Shown here: piece by piece, positions 14,103 through 27,700 of the stretch | How positions within the stretch are numbered: the first letter of the stretch is position 1 | How the letters are laid out: each line of letters opens with the position of its first letter | DNA from: Antedon mediterranea | Taxonomy: Eukaryota > Animalia > Echinodermata | Assembly: GCF_964355755.1 (NCBI RefSeq) | Contig: NC_092679.1 | Coordinates: 14,429,432-14,493,431, forward strand | Length of the DNA stretch: 64,000 bases | Reading direction: 5' to 3' | The notes under the pieces: model-generated | Databases searched by the model: none | Seen by the model: the letters and a program-made list of their open reading frames with translations, nothing else | Told to the model about the DNA's origin: nothing | Position numbers and translations under genes: made by a program

Positions 14103-14292
14103 CAGTGCTGGCGTAACGCAGGAGGCTAAGACTGGTTTAGCACTCCTACAATAAGGAGCCCTCCAACGCTGTGTACTGTAGTTGAATCGGGCTGCATGTG
14201 CTCTGGGGCCCCTCATGCTCTTGGGGCCCCTTATGCTCTGGGGCCCCTGGGTTTAGCCATTGAACGCTCATACAGTAGCCATTACACCACTG
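14103..14292. mobile_element. degenerate hAT-like MITE
   Basis: cagtg...ggcgtaac / attacaccactg termini with internal ggggcccc repeats. Confidence 0.45.
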
Positions 14293-14609
14293 TGTATCAT
14301 CATCATTTCATCATCATGTACACTACTGTCCTTTCACAGACCATTTAGTATGTTGCTTCATCTCTGGGAGTGGCAATACCACTGTCACACTCAACCTGTT
14401 GTTACACGCTGATATTTTAATTTAATTATTTAAATATAATGCTAGTTGATATTTCTGTAGTCATCCCAGCATGATAGCATCATTAGAAACAACGTAACTT
14501 AATATACAGTTGTGGCTTAACTAGCAGTGGTTCTAATAATGAACATTTGCATTTCCTTGTTGAGAATAATTCACATAGAGACATCCATACTGGATGTATA
14601 AAGACATCT

Positions 14610-14790
14610 GTGGCTGTATTCACCATTCACACTTAGGCTAAGGGAAACACTTACCCAATAACATGTAAAAAATATCCTATTTATTGTAAATACAATTTAA
14701 GGGAAATACTTAAATATTTGTTGAGTTAAGTGAAGAACTTAATATTTAGAGGAAATATCTCACTTAAGTGTGATTGGTGAATACGGCCAC
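14610..14790. mobile_element. MITE with about 27-bp TIRs
   Basis: gtggctgtattcaccattcacactta versus taagtgtgattggtgaatacggccac. Confidence 0.75.
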
Positions 14791-16245
14791 TAGCTTTTAC
14801 CAGACAACAAATTAAAATTAATTCGTTAAAAATAAGTACCCTGATTTAGTAACATTTCCCTAGCAGACCACAACCCACAATTTCAGGATGTAATGTTGTT
14901 AAATGATGGTAATATTTTGATTAGTACTGTGGTTATATTTGATGAACTCTGAGTTAATGTGTCATACTTTATTCATGGACCTACTGTATAAATTTATAGG
15001 TTCGTGATGTCAATGATGTACATGTCCACTCGGACCTATCGATAAATATTATTATATTTCTTCGATCTCTTAATAAATTTAATTTTATACTCTGTAGGAG
15101 TAGAAATGTATGTAATTAGATGTTAAATTTTGAATCACTATAAACTTTTTTTTTATACCCTAATATTTTTTAACACGCCTACTGTTTATAACACTCCTAC
15201 TGTTTTAGAGTAAACTTTTATTCAATTATACTGTTGAATTCCAATTTGAAACTAATTTACACAACATTCAATTTTTTGAACGAAAACTGATCATGCAATA
15301 ATATGCCTACAGTACAGTATTAAGTACCTTCTAAAACAGGAAAAAAATGCACTACTGATATAAAATCAAGCAGTAAGATATTGTACACATAATAATAATC
15401 TTTAACTATCATTATTGTTGCCAAGCAATCATCCGTTTACATAATGTTATTAAGATTGATCTTCCTAGCTGCAAAAAATAATTAACGCAAGTAATGTAGT
15501 TTTCTATAGGTTTTTAATGTCACGCACATTGATTTTTGAGAGACCTATTATTTAACAGTAGACAAGTCTCATTTTCAGGAAATCCTTTAGGTAATAATAT
15601 ACCTCTTAATAGTTTTGAAATCTGATAAAAGTATTGCATTGGGCTATTTTTGAAAGTTGCAGAAAAAGATTTTTTTTTTAAAAGATAATGAGTTTAGATT
15701 ATTTCCTGCAAGGTTTGATGACAGATGTAAATGTCTGAATCCAAAAAATTTGTCCAAAAAAGTCTTTTGGAACAGGGAATTAAGCGAACAGTGTCAAAAT
15801 ACACACTGTATTATTACAGTTAAAATAAATGTAGCATAATAAAATAATTGTGTATAAAGATTCTAACAACTAGGTCAGAGTTAGGAAAAATATCTGAATA
15901 ATAGAATGAAAATAAAGCTTAAAAAATTATGTTGCAGTGCCGAAGTGTGATTTGATTAAAATCTATACAGTATATTAGAAATTGCATAATGATGATGATT
16001 GAATTTCCTATAGTGCTGCTTTTTTTATGTTACGTTTTGGCCCAGTAGTAGATTTTTAGAAAGACTATTTTGATTTCTCAGCATGCATTTTAATGATTTT
16101 TAATATTAAAAAGAGACATCCCTATATTATTATTTTAATAAAATTAATAACTAAACTCTACTGACAATGCATGATTAAAGTTGATAATTATGATAATACA
16201 TTTTTTTGTCTGCCTCACTGGCAAAATTTATTTTATCTTCTTCAG

Positions 16246-16356
16246 ACTGCCTCATGGTTTTCGGCTTTTGTCTGGATGATATTACTGTGTTTGACCGGTT
16301 TTCGGCGAATCTATGAAATGCGACAATCTTCGGTTCCAAAGGATACGTACACTTAA
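16246..16356 (+). CDS. TMEM179: TMEM179-like exon with last TM helix (stop at 16354-16356 or splice at 16346)
   Basis: tcttcttcag acceptor, phase 0; TASWFSAFVWMILLCLTGFRR resembles TMEM179B TSSWVNLVLW. Confidence 0.8.
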   Translation, partial: TASWFSAFVWMILLCLTGFRRIYEMRQSSVPKDTYT

Positions 16357-17198
16357 AATATTGGTTGTCTTGTTGTTGGTGCTATAATTGTATTGTGTCA
16401 AAAAAAGCTAAAAAAATAGTTTTACAAATTTAATACACCTATGCAAATAACTTATTTTAATTCTTTTTTTCTTAATTTAAATTTTAAATCGATCTCATAA
16501 AAAAACAATATTTTTTATATACAGTATTATTTATGTTTAATTTTAACTTCATTTAAGTATTTATTTATAGTCTTAAAATTATATTTTCATATTGTTGTGG
16601 CAATATGTAACATTTATCAAATTAATTTATTTAGTAATATCTTTTTTTTATTATTATTATTCTCTAGTAGCTTTACTTATACTACAGTGCAACCAGGTTA
16701 TACGTTTTTAGTAACATTTATAAAGTGTTTTTAAAAAAGCTTAATTCTAGGCAATCGCTGGCACGCAGATCACCTGGATCAAACCCAGGTTTATTAGGAA
16801 TGTTGACAATGATGTTCGGAGTATGTAGGTCTAGTCTGTAGGATTAGCATTAGCCTAAACTACAGTATCCACATTTATGTGCATGTTATATTGTTAGTAT
16901 TTTGTAGATCTTGATTGATTTGACACCCCTTTTACACTGCCAGCAACAATGCTCTGCAATTGTCTTAAGTAAATTGAGCATTGTGAACTTGCCAAATGTC
17001 TTGGTGGACTTTTCCAGGGCCGTAGCCACCAGTACGGTTGGTAAGGTTTCAACCTGACCACTTTTTCACAGAGGCCTTTGATAACCCAGTGGCTTGAACA
17101 GAGATTGTTCTCTTTTCTTGCGAAAACCGTTATTTCTTGTGGCTATACTGTGCATCACTTTTTTATTACCAACAAACAATTACTCTCTCCTCTCCCAG

Positions 17199-17325
17199 GT
17201 GTCAGATCCCAATAGAAATTTGTCAGGATTGGTTTGTAACATTACTTGTGCAGTGGGGAGAAATATTGCAGTACATATACCGTTTCCAAAAAAATGATCC
17301 TTTAACAGGAAAATCCTACTTATAG
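17199..17325 (+). CDS. possible additional terminal exon of the TMEM179-like gene
   Basis: strong ctctcctctcccag acceptor; phase fits weak donor ac|gtacac at 16346, giving ...PKDT-CQIPIEICQDW...GKSYL*. Confidence 0.4.
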
Positions 17326-18103
17326 TAATTTAAGAGTAAAAAAAGGAAACAGATTTCTCTGAAACAGTAGTAGTAGTAGTACAGTGTAGTGGCCTCAATT
17401 AATCCAGTATTATATTAATGTAACACTTGTTCATCTAAATATTGTGACATTTAATGTGCTCAATATAATATCACACACTACTGCAAACACAATGTTAAAT
17501 GTCAAACATTTGTAAATAAAACACACTAGGATTGTGTACAATGTTTTGACTACACTTGTAATAGGTTACTGGTTATTGGTGGTTGGTGACATTGGTCTTC
17601 GGAGGGGTACTCGGAGTAGTTCGGTTGAAGTTGTCCATTTGTCTATAGTTAGTTTTCCTGGAATTATGGAAATCTCTATTTTCCACAAGAATGCAATTTG
17701 CAATATGTACTAGTTTTAAGAAAAATAATGAAACAGCTTCTCCCAATTTTGTAGTCAAAACATTGAAAATATTTAAGACTACATTCACATCCCCAAATGT
17801 TTTAATATAAATTAATATACCATAATACACAAAACTAAAAAAAAAAGATCAAAGATTTTATGATTTTAATATACTACACTGCAATATATTTTAGTTGATA
17901 TTTAATGTATGATTTATTCTTGACTATTGCTGTTGATAATGTCTCTCCATTGGGCTTAGATTCACCTATTTTTAATGTTTTTGCGCTCGAGTAGTTTTTT
18001 TAATCATAGTACAGATTTGTCACTACTGATTATGGCAACGAAAAGATGAATCTTAAACAAAGTAGGTTTTAAATTGTTATTTGAAGGACTATTTTGAACT
18101 TAA

Positions 18104-18393
18104 AGGGTAGCTCCGGGCTTAAAATTTCTTCTCTTTTTTGATAATAATATTACAGCTTAGAAGTAGAATGAGTGACATGAATAAGCCCCTTTTAAAAGAA
18201 AAAGTTACTGGACTTTTTTTTCTATTGTTTATTTTTAACACTGATAATAATATATTACCCACTTATTTTTCGACAGCGGAGAAGTAAAATGAACGTCACG
18301 ATATAAGCCCCTTTTAAAAGAAAGTTACTGGACTTTTTTGTAATATATTGCTATTTTAAAAAATATTTTTTAAACCCAGTGTTACTGTACCCT
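18104..18393. mobile_element. Kolobok-like non-autonomous element
   Basis: ttaa|agggta ... taccct|ttaa; internal direct duplication (taagccccttttaaaagaaa...gttactggactttttt). Confidence 0.55.
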
Positions 18394-19645
18394 TTAAACA
18401 TGAAAACGATGGCTTAGGAACGGCTTTACCATTACAATGTAGTGTTGTATGTATATACTTTGTGAATATGTGCATGTACAGTTTTGTCCACTCGCATTTT
18501 ATCTTTTAAAATTATTAAGACAGTAGACTACTTAATATGAATGAATGATGACGTCATGCAACTATATATGGACATTTCATGACCATATATAGATCTGTCA
18601 TATGGACATATATGTTGATAATGTATATTGTGGAAATATTCTGTACATGAAATAGTATGGCTTATTACATGAATTTGATTTATATTATATGGACACGTTA
18701 TGACTTTATATGGATAAATTATGAACATAATTTGGACCACTCATGACCCCCTATAGGTCTCTCATTAACATTGGACAATGTTTATATATGTTTTTATATT
18801 GTAGTGCATTATGCAGTATCACTATATTGGATTGCATTATGAATATTTCAGGCTAATATGGACATGTTATGACTCTATATGGAAATGATATGCCTATAAA
18901 TGGCCATATTAAGACTATATGGCCATATTATACCTATATATGGTTATGTGATGTAGATGACTTTATTTGGAAATAATAAATAAAATGTGATGTCAACAAA
19001 AATTTTAAAATGGATTAAAGAATATATAAACAAGATAGAATGATGTAAAAGATTTATTTAAATAAAAAGAATATTTTCTTGTGTATATAAAAAGGAAAGA
19101 ACTTTAAAAACTTGGCATGGTTTGCATAAAAATAGTTAAGATTAATAATAAATATCAACATTTCCATTGATGTTTAGTTTAAACACATTATGAATGCCAT
19201 ATACAACGCCACTTAATATTTAATGCTTTAAGTATATTACTTAAGTTCACATTAAATAGGTCATTCAGTTAATAAGATGTTGATTAAAATATATATAATT
19301 GATTATATTTTATATTGAAGGTTATTATGAATAACTTAAAGGAAATATGTATTTATCAATGAACGTATATTAAATTTGACATGTTATATTGCGTTATGTT
19401 TAATATATCAAATTGACGTTTTTTCTGAATTGTTTTAATGAAATAGATAATCGATCTTGCCGTTAAGAAATGATTACTTTTGACATGTCACATAACAGCT
19501 ACTTAACAGCCAATGTTATTTTATTTTAATGCAATGTTTTTAATACTCAAAATAAATAACTGTTTCTAGGAATGAAGGAACCTTCACCTCTTACTGACCC
19601 TTGAGATTTTTTGCGGATATAATAATGCATAATATTTATGTATAT

Positions 19646-20152
19646 TTGATTGGTCAGAATGTTTGCCAAACTCTGACGTCATTTTGTACCGAATACTGTA
19701 CATTGAGAACACCTGTGAAACGGTTCAGAAGTGAATAAATCGAACATGTGTATAAATACGTCACAGTTGGGCAAACGTCTTACTAAATTAACTATGAATC
19801 TTTGATTGGTTAAAATGATTGTCCAACTCTCACGTCATTGTATCGAATACTCTGTACATTGAGAACACCTGTGAAACGGGCGTATACGACGAGTCGCAAG
19901 TTATTCTCAACAAACCGAGTATTCGTACAATTACGTCAGAGTTTGGCAAACATCTTACTAATCAATGTATATTTCATTGGTCAAAATGTTTGCCCAACTC
20001 TGACGCCCGCTCTGACGTCATTGAACCAAATACCCGGAACATTGAGAAACGGGCCTTAGCACGGCTTGTATCAAGCCGCCTCGCAAGTTATTCTCAATGA
20101 ATCTAGTGTTGGTACAATTACGTCAGAGTTGGGCAAACATCTTACTAATCAA
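19646..20152. repeat. three tandem 150-180-bp units, each bounded by about 33-bp inverted repeats
   Basis: ttgattggtcagaatgtttgccaaactctgacgt ... acgtcagagtttggcaaacatcttactaatcaa in three variants. Confidence 0.8.
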
Positions 20153-20736
20153 CTTACATCCCTGGCGTACACGTTGATTCCAGTTCTTATTTTTAAAATC
20201 AAAAGCCTTTTTTAGGCATTCTTCGATATGTACTATATCATAAAATTCTGAAGACAATCCCGATTAGTACATTTTGGTTCGACTGCTTAACGTCCGATCC
20301 ATAGGATAAGAAGATTCCTATCAGTTGATTATTTCTACTTTCTATTTTAAATCTAAGAGATTAAAATGCATTTCAAAATTGGTATTCACATAATTTACGA
20401 TGTTGGTAATAATAAAGTAATGATAAATGCACTTAGGTGATATTAAATCATTTATATGATGTATTCTTAGAAGGTTTAAGTCCAAAAAGCAATGTACTTT
20501 TTGTATATATTGCCTCAGGATTTATGTTTTGAATTATACATACAAAACCTATCGATAACCAATCACCATTTTCATGGATCTTATTCTATTTTTGTCGGTT
20601 GCAAAATAGATGCTTGATTTCACATTTTGTCCATTGGAGAGTGAGATTATATCTCTTGTTTTTAAGAAACTCTAAAAATAGATTACAATAAAGCAAAATA
20701 ATATCGAAATCGCAATCGAAAATGTATAGGAAACTG

Positions 20737-21015
20737 AAAGCCTTTATATAATAATGATTTGTTTGACTGTTTAAAATGTCATAATCAATTTATAATAATA
20801 ATGGTCTTATATAGCGCCTAATACAATGTTCCAGGCGCTTACACGCAAAAATTATCCATAAAATATCCTAAGATAACAAGAAAGCCTTTTGTATAATAAT
20901 ATTTTTTTGGCTGTTTAAAATGTCAAATAATTATGGTATAGTCTTACATAGCACCTAATATAATGTTTAAAGCGCTTTACACACAAAAATGATCCATAAA
21001 ATATCCTAAGATAAC
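20737..21015. repeat. tandem duplication of about 144 bp containing an L2-type 3' end (minus strand)
   Basis: aaagccttt...ctgtttaaaatgtc...cttatatagcgcc...atccataaaatatcctaagataaca occurs twice. Confidence 0.75.
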
Positions 21016-22244
21016 ATCAATAGTAACGTTAGCGCTGTTAACTTCTTCGAAACGAAAAATTATTCTGTATTTTTGTTCATAAAATCAATGTTGCTAGGTA
21101 ACCACAATTTAATACCATTCTGACGGTTATTAATGTTAAAATAACACTTTATCAATGATTATGGAGTTCTGAGAATAATCGATAAACAATGTAATATTTA
21201 AGAAGCCTCATTTTGAAGAAATCCGTATTTATAAAGTCCGGGTACATTTTTAAAGTAAAATTGTAATTGACAAAATAATTAAACATTTTTTTACTTCGTT
21301 GCTATGGAAACATGATACAATGTTTGTTGTCACAGTGATATGTGTTGTAGGATTCAATAGGATTATTGTAATTACTGCGGTATGATTTCACACATGAAGT
21401 ACGTTTTTGAATAAATCTATTAAAATATTTTCATATAAGTATTCGGCTAGTGTGTTAGTGGAATATATAAATAGAATTTATACGAAATGAACTAATACTT
21501 TGTAATGCGCGCTGTTGGATTTAGGTTAACATGATCGTGTTAATGTTATCACTCGTGAATATTGGTTTGAATATAAAATGACATCTAAACATTTATGTTC
21601 ATTGCGAACAAGTGACAAAATGGATGATGTTGTTAATAACAACAGCAAAAACCAGGACGTCTGAACGTACCAAAACAGCATAATGGTAATGTTACTGGTT
21701 TCAGCAGCCACGGCATTGCCAACAATCATGCCCAATTAACCATGGAACTACAAATAATCATAATTAAAAACAACGACCTCACCCAGCAACCACGACGTCA
21801 CCCAGCAACCACGACGCCACCAAGCAATCATGGCGTCATCCAGCAAATCACGACGCCACCCAGCAAATCGCGACGCCACCCAGCATCCACGACGTTGCGG
21901 AAGAGGGTGACGCTGGTTCATTTATTTCAACGACAACCAAGACAGATAAAGAAATATATTTACGAATAACAATAAAGATTGTCCTATTTTTTGGGGTTTT
22001 TTTGCGTGTTAGACCTATTTTTGTTTAAATGTTGAATATTAGTGATCAGTTTGAATAGTGATCGAGGGATTCGATGGGGAGCAGGGTGACTGTGAACATA
22101 TCGTTTTTGTCTTTCAATTAATTTAGTAACATCTTCACATGCCAATGAACATGTTTATAAATCCTAAGAAATAAGGTGTATAGTACAATTAATAGAAATT
22201 ATTAATCCCAGTATCTCCCGACCATTCCACCAACCCCTAGCGAT

Positions 22245-24710
22245 CTTGATCCTCCAAATGTCCAGGCAGTGGCCACCGAAAGCTCTGAACCTAAGAACAC
22301 GACAGCAGATGATGAACAAGTAACTATGTTGACAATTGACACAGATAAGCTGTCGGATACTAAGGATGGGAAAGACAAGAAAAAGAAGTCTAAATCCCGA
22401 TTAGCCAGACTTTGACGATCACTGAAGAAGTCGAAGAGAGTCGGACTTGATAATGAGGATGCTACCGATGCTGCAACAATCAAAGACACTATTATTATTT
22501 ATGGACAACCACCAGTGGATGTGGTGACAACAGAAGCTGCCAATGAAACTGGAAGGTACGGTATGTCTTGCATTGGTTTAGTATAGTGTCTAGATTTATG
22601 TATTGGATTCTTAAATTAAAATATTTTACAGATCAATAAGTAATTTGTTTTTATTCCAGTATTCATCAAACGGACCTTTAAACAAAAGTGATGGAGGTAG
22701 ATGAGCTCGAATGTGAAGACATGCAAGAAACGATGGTTCTGTAAGCCTAAATATTACTTTACAGTTTTTAATACACTACTCTAAATAATGTATGCATTCT
22801 CATGTGAAGAATATTTACATTTTATTTGATAAACGTTCTTGTCATTAATACATGCATACATCATTAATTAAATAATAAGCGAAAAAAAAAAACCATTTCA
22901 GAATGTTTGAATTTTGGTCCATTATTATTTGAATTTTATTTAATTTTGAATTCAATAGAGATCAGCCCATTGCAGAACTTCTAAACAACGACGATGAGCT
23001 CAATATCCCAGAGGATAACTCTGACGACAGGAACAGTTTGTGGTCGGACGTAGAGGACGACGACAGGAAAATGGTCCAAGAAAGGTATGATGTGCCTTTT
23101 ATTTAAGATATTGTTTATTTTGGTCTGAAATATTTCTAGATATTTCATTTCTAAAAATGAGTCAAACTTATTAATATTACGTACTTCGTTTTCCAAAAGG
23201 TGACGTGATTGGATTGCCGATGCACAGAATCAGATTAGAAGGTAAATCACACGCAATAATCACAATTAATTCATCATCATCATCGTCATTATTATTTTTA
23301 ATCATCGCCATCATATTCATTTCCTGACAAATTATCTTTAACATCACCATGTCATTGATGATGTTAAGTATTCCTTCATTTGTTAGCATTGCATTGGAAG
23401 TGTCAGTAGACAGTCAGCTTTCTGTACAACGACGTCACCGAGCACCGATACGATACGGACCCGTGAATGAGCTGAAATTATCGTTTAATCCTGATGTGGA
23501 CAGAGAGCTACCCTCAATCTTCTCCAGTGTTCAAAATAACCATTCTCGTCATCGTAATAATCCGCTATTGCAAGGAATTAAACATGCTAATAAATTCCAC
23601 CAGGTAAAATAGTATATACCACACACACAATTATGAGAAACAATTAACCAAGGAGGTTAGTGGGTAAAACGGGGGGAAGAGAAGGGGAATGTCAACATGG
23701 CAGTGGACTTATTTATAAAAGAATCCCTCTCAATTAAGCTTCTTTTTTATAGTACAAACTAGAAGAGGAGCAAAGGCAGAACAAAAGACGCCTTCATAGA
23801 CTGGCCATGAGGCGAGAACGAGACACCCAGTATAAGTTACTGATGTGGGAAAACCGGCAAAGAAAGAAGGAAAGAGATCAGTTAGAGGTTCACTTTGAGG
23901 TGGACGAGTGGTAGCGGGAAAGATGTCACAGACGAGGGGGTGTCTTGGTGGAATATTACACAAGGATCATCAGTGCCATTATGTATTTTAACAACCACGA
24001 AGTTTTTCTTGTTTTCGTGAGTAGGCCACCAGGGGCTGGTCTATCAGTATGAATTAGTGATATGAACTGTGAACATCTGGTTTTTATCTTTCAATCAATT
24101 TAGTAACATCTTCACATAACTTATGCCAACAACCACGACGCTGGCAACAACCATCTCATTAAAGAAGACGCTGCCAATAACTTCGATGCCGCCAGTTATC
24201 ATGCCACCATCTAGGCGTTGCCAACTTCCATCAACCACGACTACGTTGCCAATAACTACCAACAATATTGACGCCGCCAACAAACGATACAGGCCAGCAT
24301 CCAGGTGACGTTACAAACACCTATTCCAACAACGCTGCCAATCACTATGCCATCAACAACAATGAAGCTGTAATGATCCAATAACCACAACGCTGCACCA
24401 TACATGCATGTCAATAACCACGACGCTGGCAATAACCTTACCAACAACCAATGACGCTACCAATCATTCTGGCCAGTGACCCTGACGCTGCTAACAACCA
24501 TATCACAACACCACGACGCTGCCAACAAACATGTCCGCCACCACGGAGCTGGCAAAAATAACACCGATGTTTCCAACAATTACACAACATACAAAAGATG
24601 CTATCAACAACCAGGACGACGCGGACGCAACAACCACACCTAACCAGGATGACGTTAGAAACACGACCACATTGACGAAGAGAAGGTGATTATGAATCTG
24701 CCAACAACCA
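22245..24710 (+). pseudogene. multi-exon orphan gene, copy A (acidic segments, charged coiled-coil-like exon, N/H/D/A-rich repeat)
   Basis: GT-AG exons ending 22555, then 22660-22740, 22959-23084, 23200-23241, 23387-23603 and 23753 onward; in-frame stops; homologous copy on minus strand. Confidence 0.7.
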
Positions 24711-27700
24711 TAGAAGGTTTATTAGAATAAAACTTAAATACCATATATCTAGCAGTACTCTAACATAATCGTATTGTATTTAAATACGTTCACAGTTCAA
24801 ACTTCCTTGTACTTCTTTCCCCACGTCTAGGAAGAACTGACCATTGGTCTGTCACATGTTCTTGATAATGCCCCAATAATGCAAAACTACAATGATCATA
24901 AGTTTACACTAAAAACTCTCTAAATAAAGTAGAGACTTTACAATAAGTTTCTCCTTTATCATTTAACTGACTTGTAACATATTCTATACATGAATGACTC
25001 ATCACAATTCTATTATAAGGTATATAAGGTAATGGATGCATTCAAATCGTTTTTATATTAATGCCAGCTTCAATGATTATCGAATAACGTAATAAATAGC
25101 GTTGGTATTCAGCCGAGGTAACCCAAACCAAGTTTACATCAATTATTCACTTATCTCTTTCTATATAAATCTTATCGTATCGTTTACATGAATTTCTTGC
25201 ACAGAATTGATGTACATTATTAAATATGATATCACATAATAATAATAACAATATTTATTAATTTTTCTTATTAGACCTACATTAAACGTGATACTTGTAT
25301 ACTAATCACGTAATTCAAATTGAATTTTATCTCATAACTGTAGGCTGTTCCTTTAACAACATCTTTTGACAACACATTTGTTTAAGCCTTTTTTAAAATG
25401 TAAACTAATCTTTAGGTTTGTAGCTGCATATACAAAAACGTCTTGTTGTTAAATGAGACTCATTTGGCCGGCACTGGGGAATATTGGTGCGCCCACAGGA
25501 CTTGGACTAGACCTGTTTCTAGGAATATTACAAAGGGATCGGATGCGATTTCCTTCAATGCATTGTGCATCAGATAACAGAAGCGACAAAAGCATATGTC
25601 ATCCTAGAGCTGACTATCGTTATACCTCCCTTCTCATCAAACCCCTACAATTACGCCGTTATGTGAACTAAACACGTTTGCTTTAATAACACTATCTGCT
25701 ATACAGTCTAACAGTCATCCATCGGTACCAACAGTAAACGTTGGCTACCAAGGTTTCAATGCATTTATATTGATATGCATTACGCAACTTCACATGTATC
25801 ACTCATCATAACGGCCAATATTTACACAGACGAGCGGTAACGGTTAGCGGTAAACAAAATAGAATCTATGTAATTTCTTATGACCATTTAGGCCCTACAT
25901 AAAACGCGGAGCGGACGGGTGGTTTGGCGGAAATCCTCTCATGATAGATACAGATACATGAGTCAAGCACACGGTTTGTTTATCGTTCGTTGGTCCGTGT
26001 GACCAATTGCTCAATGGTCACCAACCAATATATAATAATAGTCTAATTTTTTAAGCGTTTGAGTACAATACATATTTACTGCGCACATATTTGAAACAAA
26101 TACATGGTATTCCAAAGTATGGCACGATATTATATTATACACAAACAAGAAAATACACTCAAAAGCATATTAAAACACATAATGCCTAACATGTATCATA
26201 AACATACGCATCATCAAGCTATTGGCTTCTATTAAACATAAATATTAATATTTCACGCAATCAATATAAATTGTACATAATGAATGTAGATTCTCTCGCT
26301 TGTGATTGGTCAAATTTCTTACGTTGCGCTTTCGTCCTTGCATTGCGTCTCTAGTGGTAACCAAGATTTAGGAAGAAAAAACGTTGTTTATATTTCTCGC
26401 CCTCAGATTTATCCTACCGTAATTTGCCTTTGCCCCGAACCTCCTAAAGGATATAGAGAAGGGTGGTAAAGAAAAGAAGGGTATATAGAAAAAAAGAATA
26501 TATAGAGAACACAAAGGTATATAGTAGGCCTAGATAAGACGTGGTTTAGAGAAGATATATAGACAAATGAAGTGTGATAATAGAGAAGGGTACGAGAAGG
26601 ATATATAGGCCTACACGTACGTATATTCTGAAATATGTACAGTTATAGTTGATATAGTTATATCATGGATGAATATTATTGCTATTCTTCCATACTTCAC
26701 TACATTTCATGTCATGCATAAATAGGTTGTTTAATAGTCATTCACAGGTAAGTATGAATAAGCTACGGATTAATAACCAAAACGTGTGAATAGCTTAGCT
26801 AATGTGTTTTTGTCGTTTACTTTAATATTTAAGTATATGTCCATCAGAATATTAGAAAGTAATAAAGTTTTAATAATTATATTAAATTAATTTTTACCTT
26901 ACAGATTACATTATAGATAACAGCAACAGGAATACATTGTTTAATTGGTTTTTTTTTAATCTCACGATAGTACACATGACCTCTAAGCAATAGGTTTTAT
27001 TGATTAGGATCAACATTATTTTCATTTTATTAAAGAGTTCGTATATTCCACGTAAACTCTATTAATATCCATTATGGTTTATATATAATAGGCCTATATT
27101 AATACCTTACAGTAGAACCTTACCTTTGATGTGCCCATACATGGACATGATGATGTCATATCACTACCATATTTGGGAATATCACTACAATACTTGGGCA
27201 CATTACATCACTTTTGTTGTCAAACTAGTTTGATAGTGTAGACAGAGTTTAAAACGAATACTTTCCTGTGAATCAAACGGGGAGCAATATATTATTATGT
27301 TGAACAATATCACTCAGGAGAGGAGACACCCTTATTAAATTATTATTTAGTGCCGAAGGACCCTTATAGGTTCTATAGGCCTACTTATCTGGTGATATCG
27401 TAGGTAGACTATTTATAAAATTATTCAAAAAATTGAACTTTATTGATTTAAAAAATCATCATTTTATTAATACCATCCCTTTTGTATGTGGAAGTAAGTA
27501 ACTGTATATTAAAAATCTTTGAATTAGAAAAAGCCAATCTACTGTAATTGAAATATTGCCTCTAGTATCCGTATATCCATCCATTCGACAAAAGAAATTC
27601 ATTAAAAAACGATAAGTTATAATGTGTTGTGTGGAATTATGCATTATTAAGTAAAGACGGGCACGTGACCTTGTGGTGATCAGACGATTAAAGTGTACAG

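Noticed and set aside
15579-15590. 12-nt micro-exon candidate in TMEM179 intron
   Set aside because: Would read GAA ATC CTT TAG (stop) in phase 0, and the flanking exons already join correctly
25813-26370. Old Harbinger-like MITE fragments
   Set aside because: TIRs too degenerate to delimit or classify
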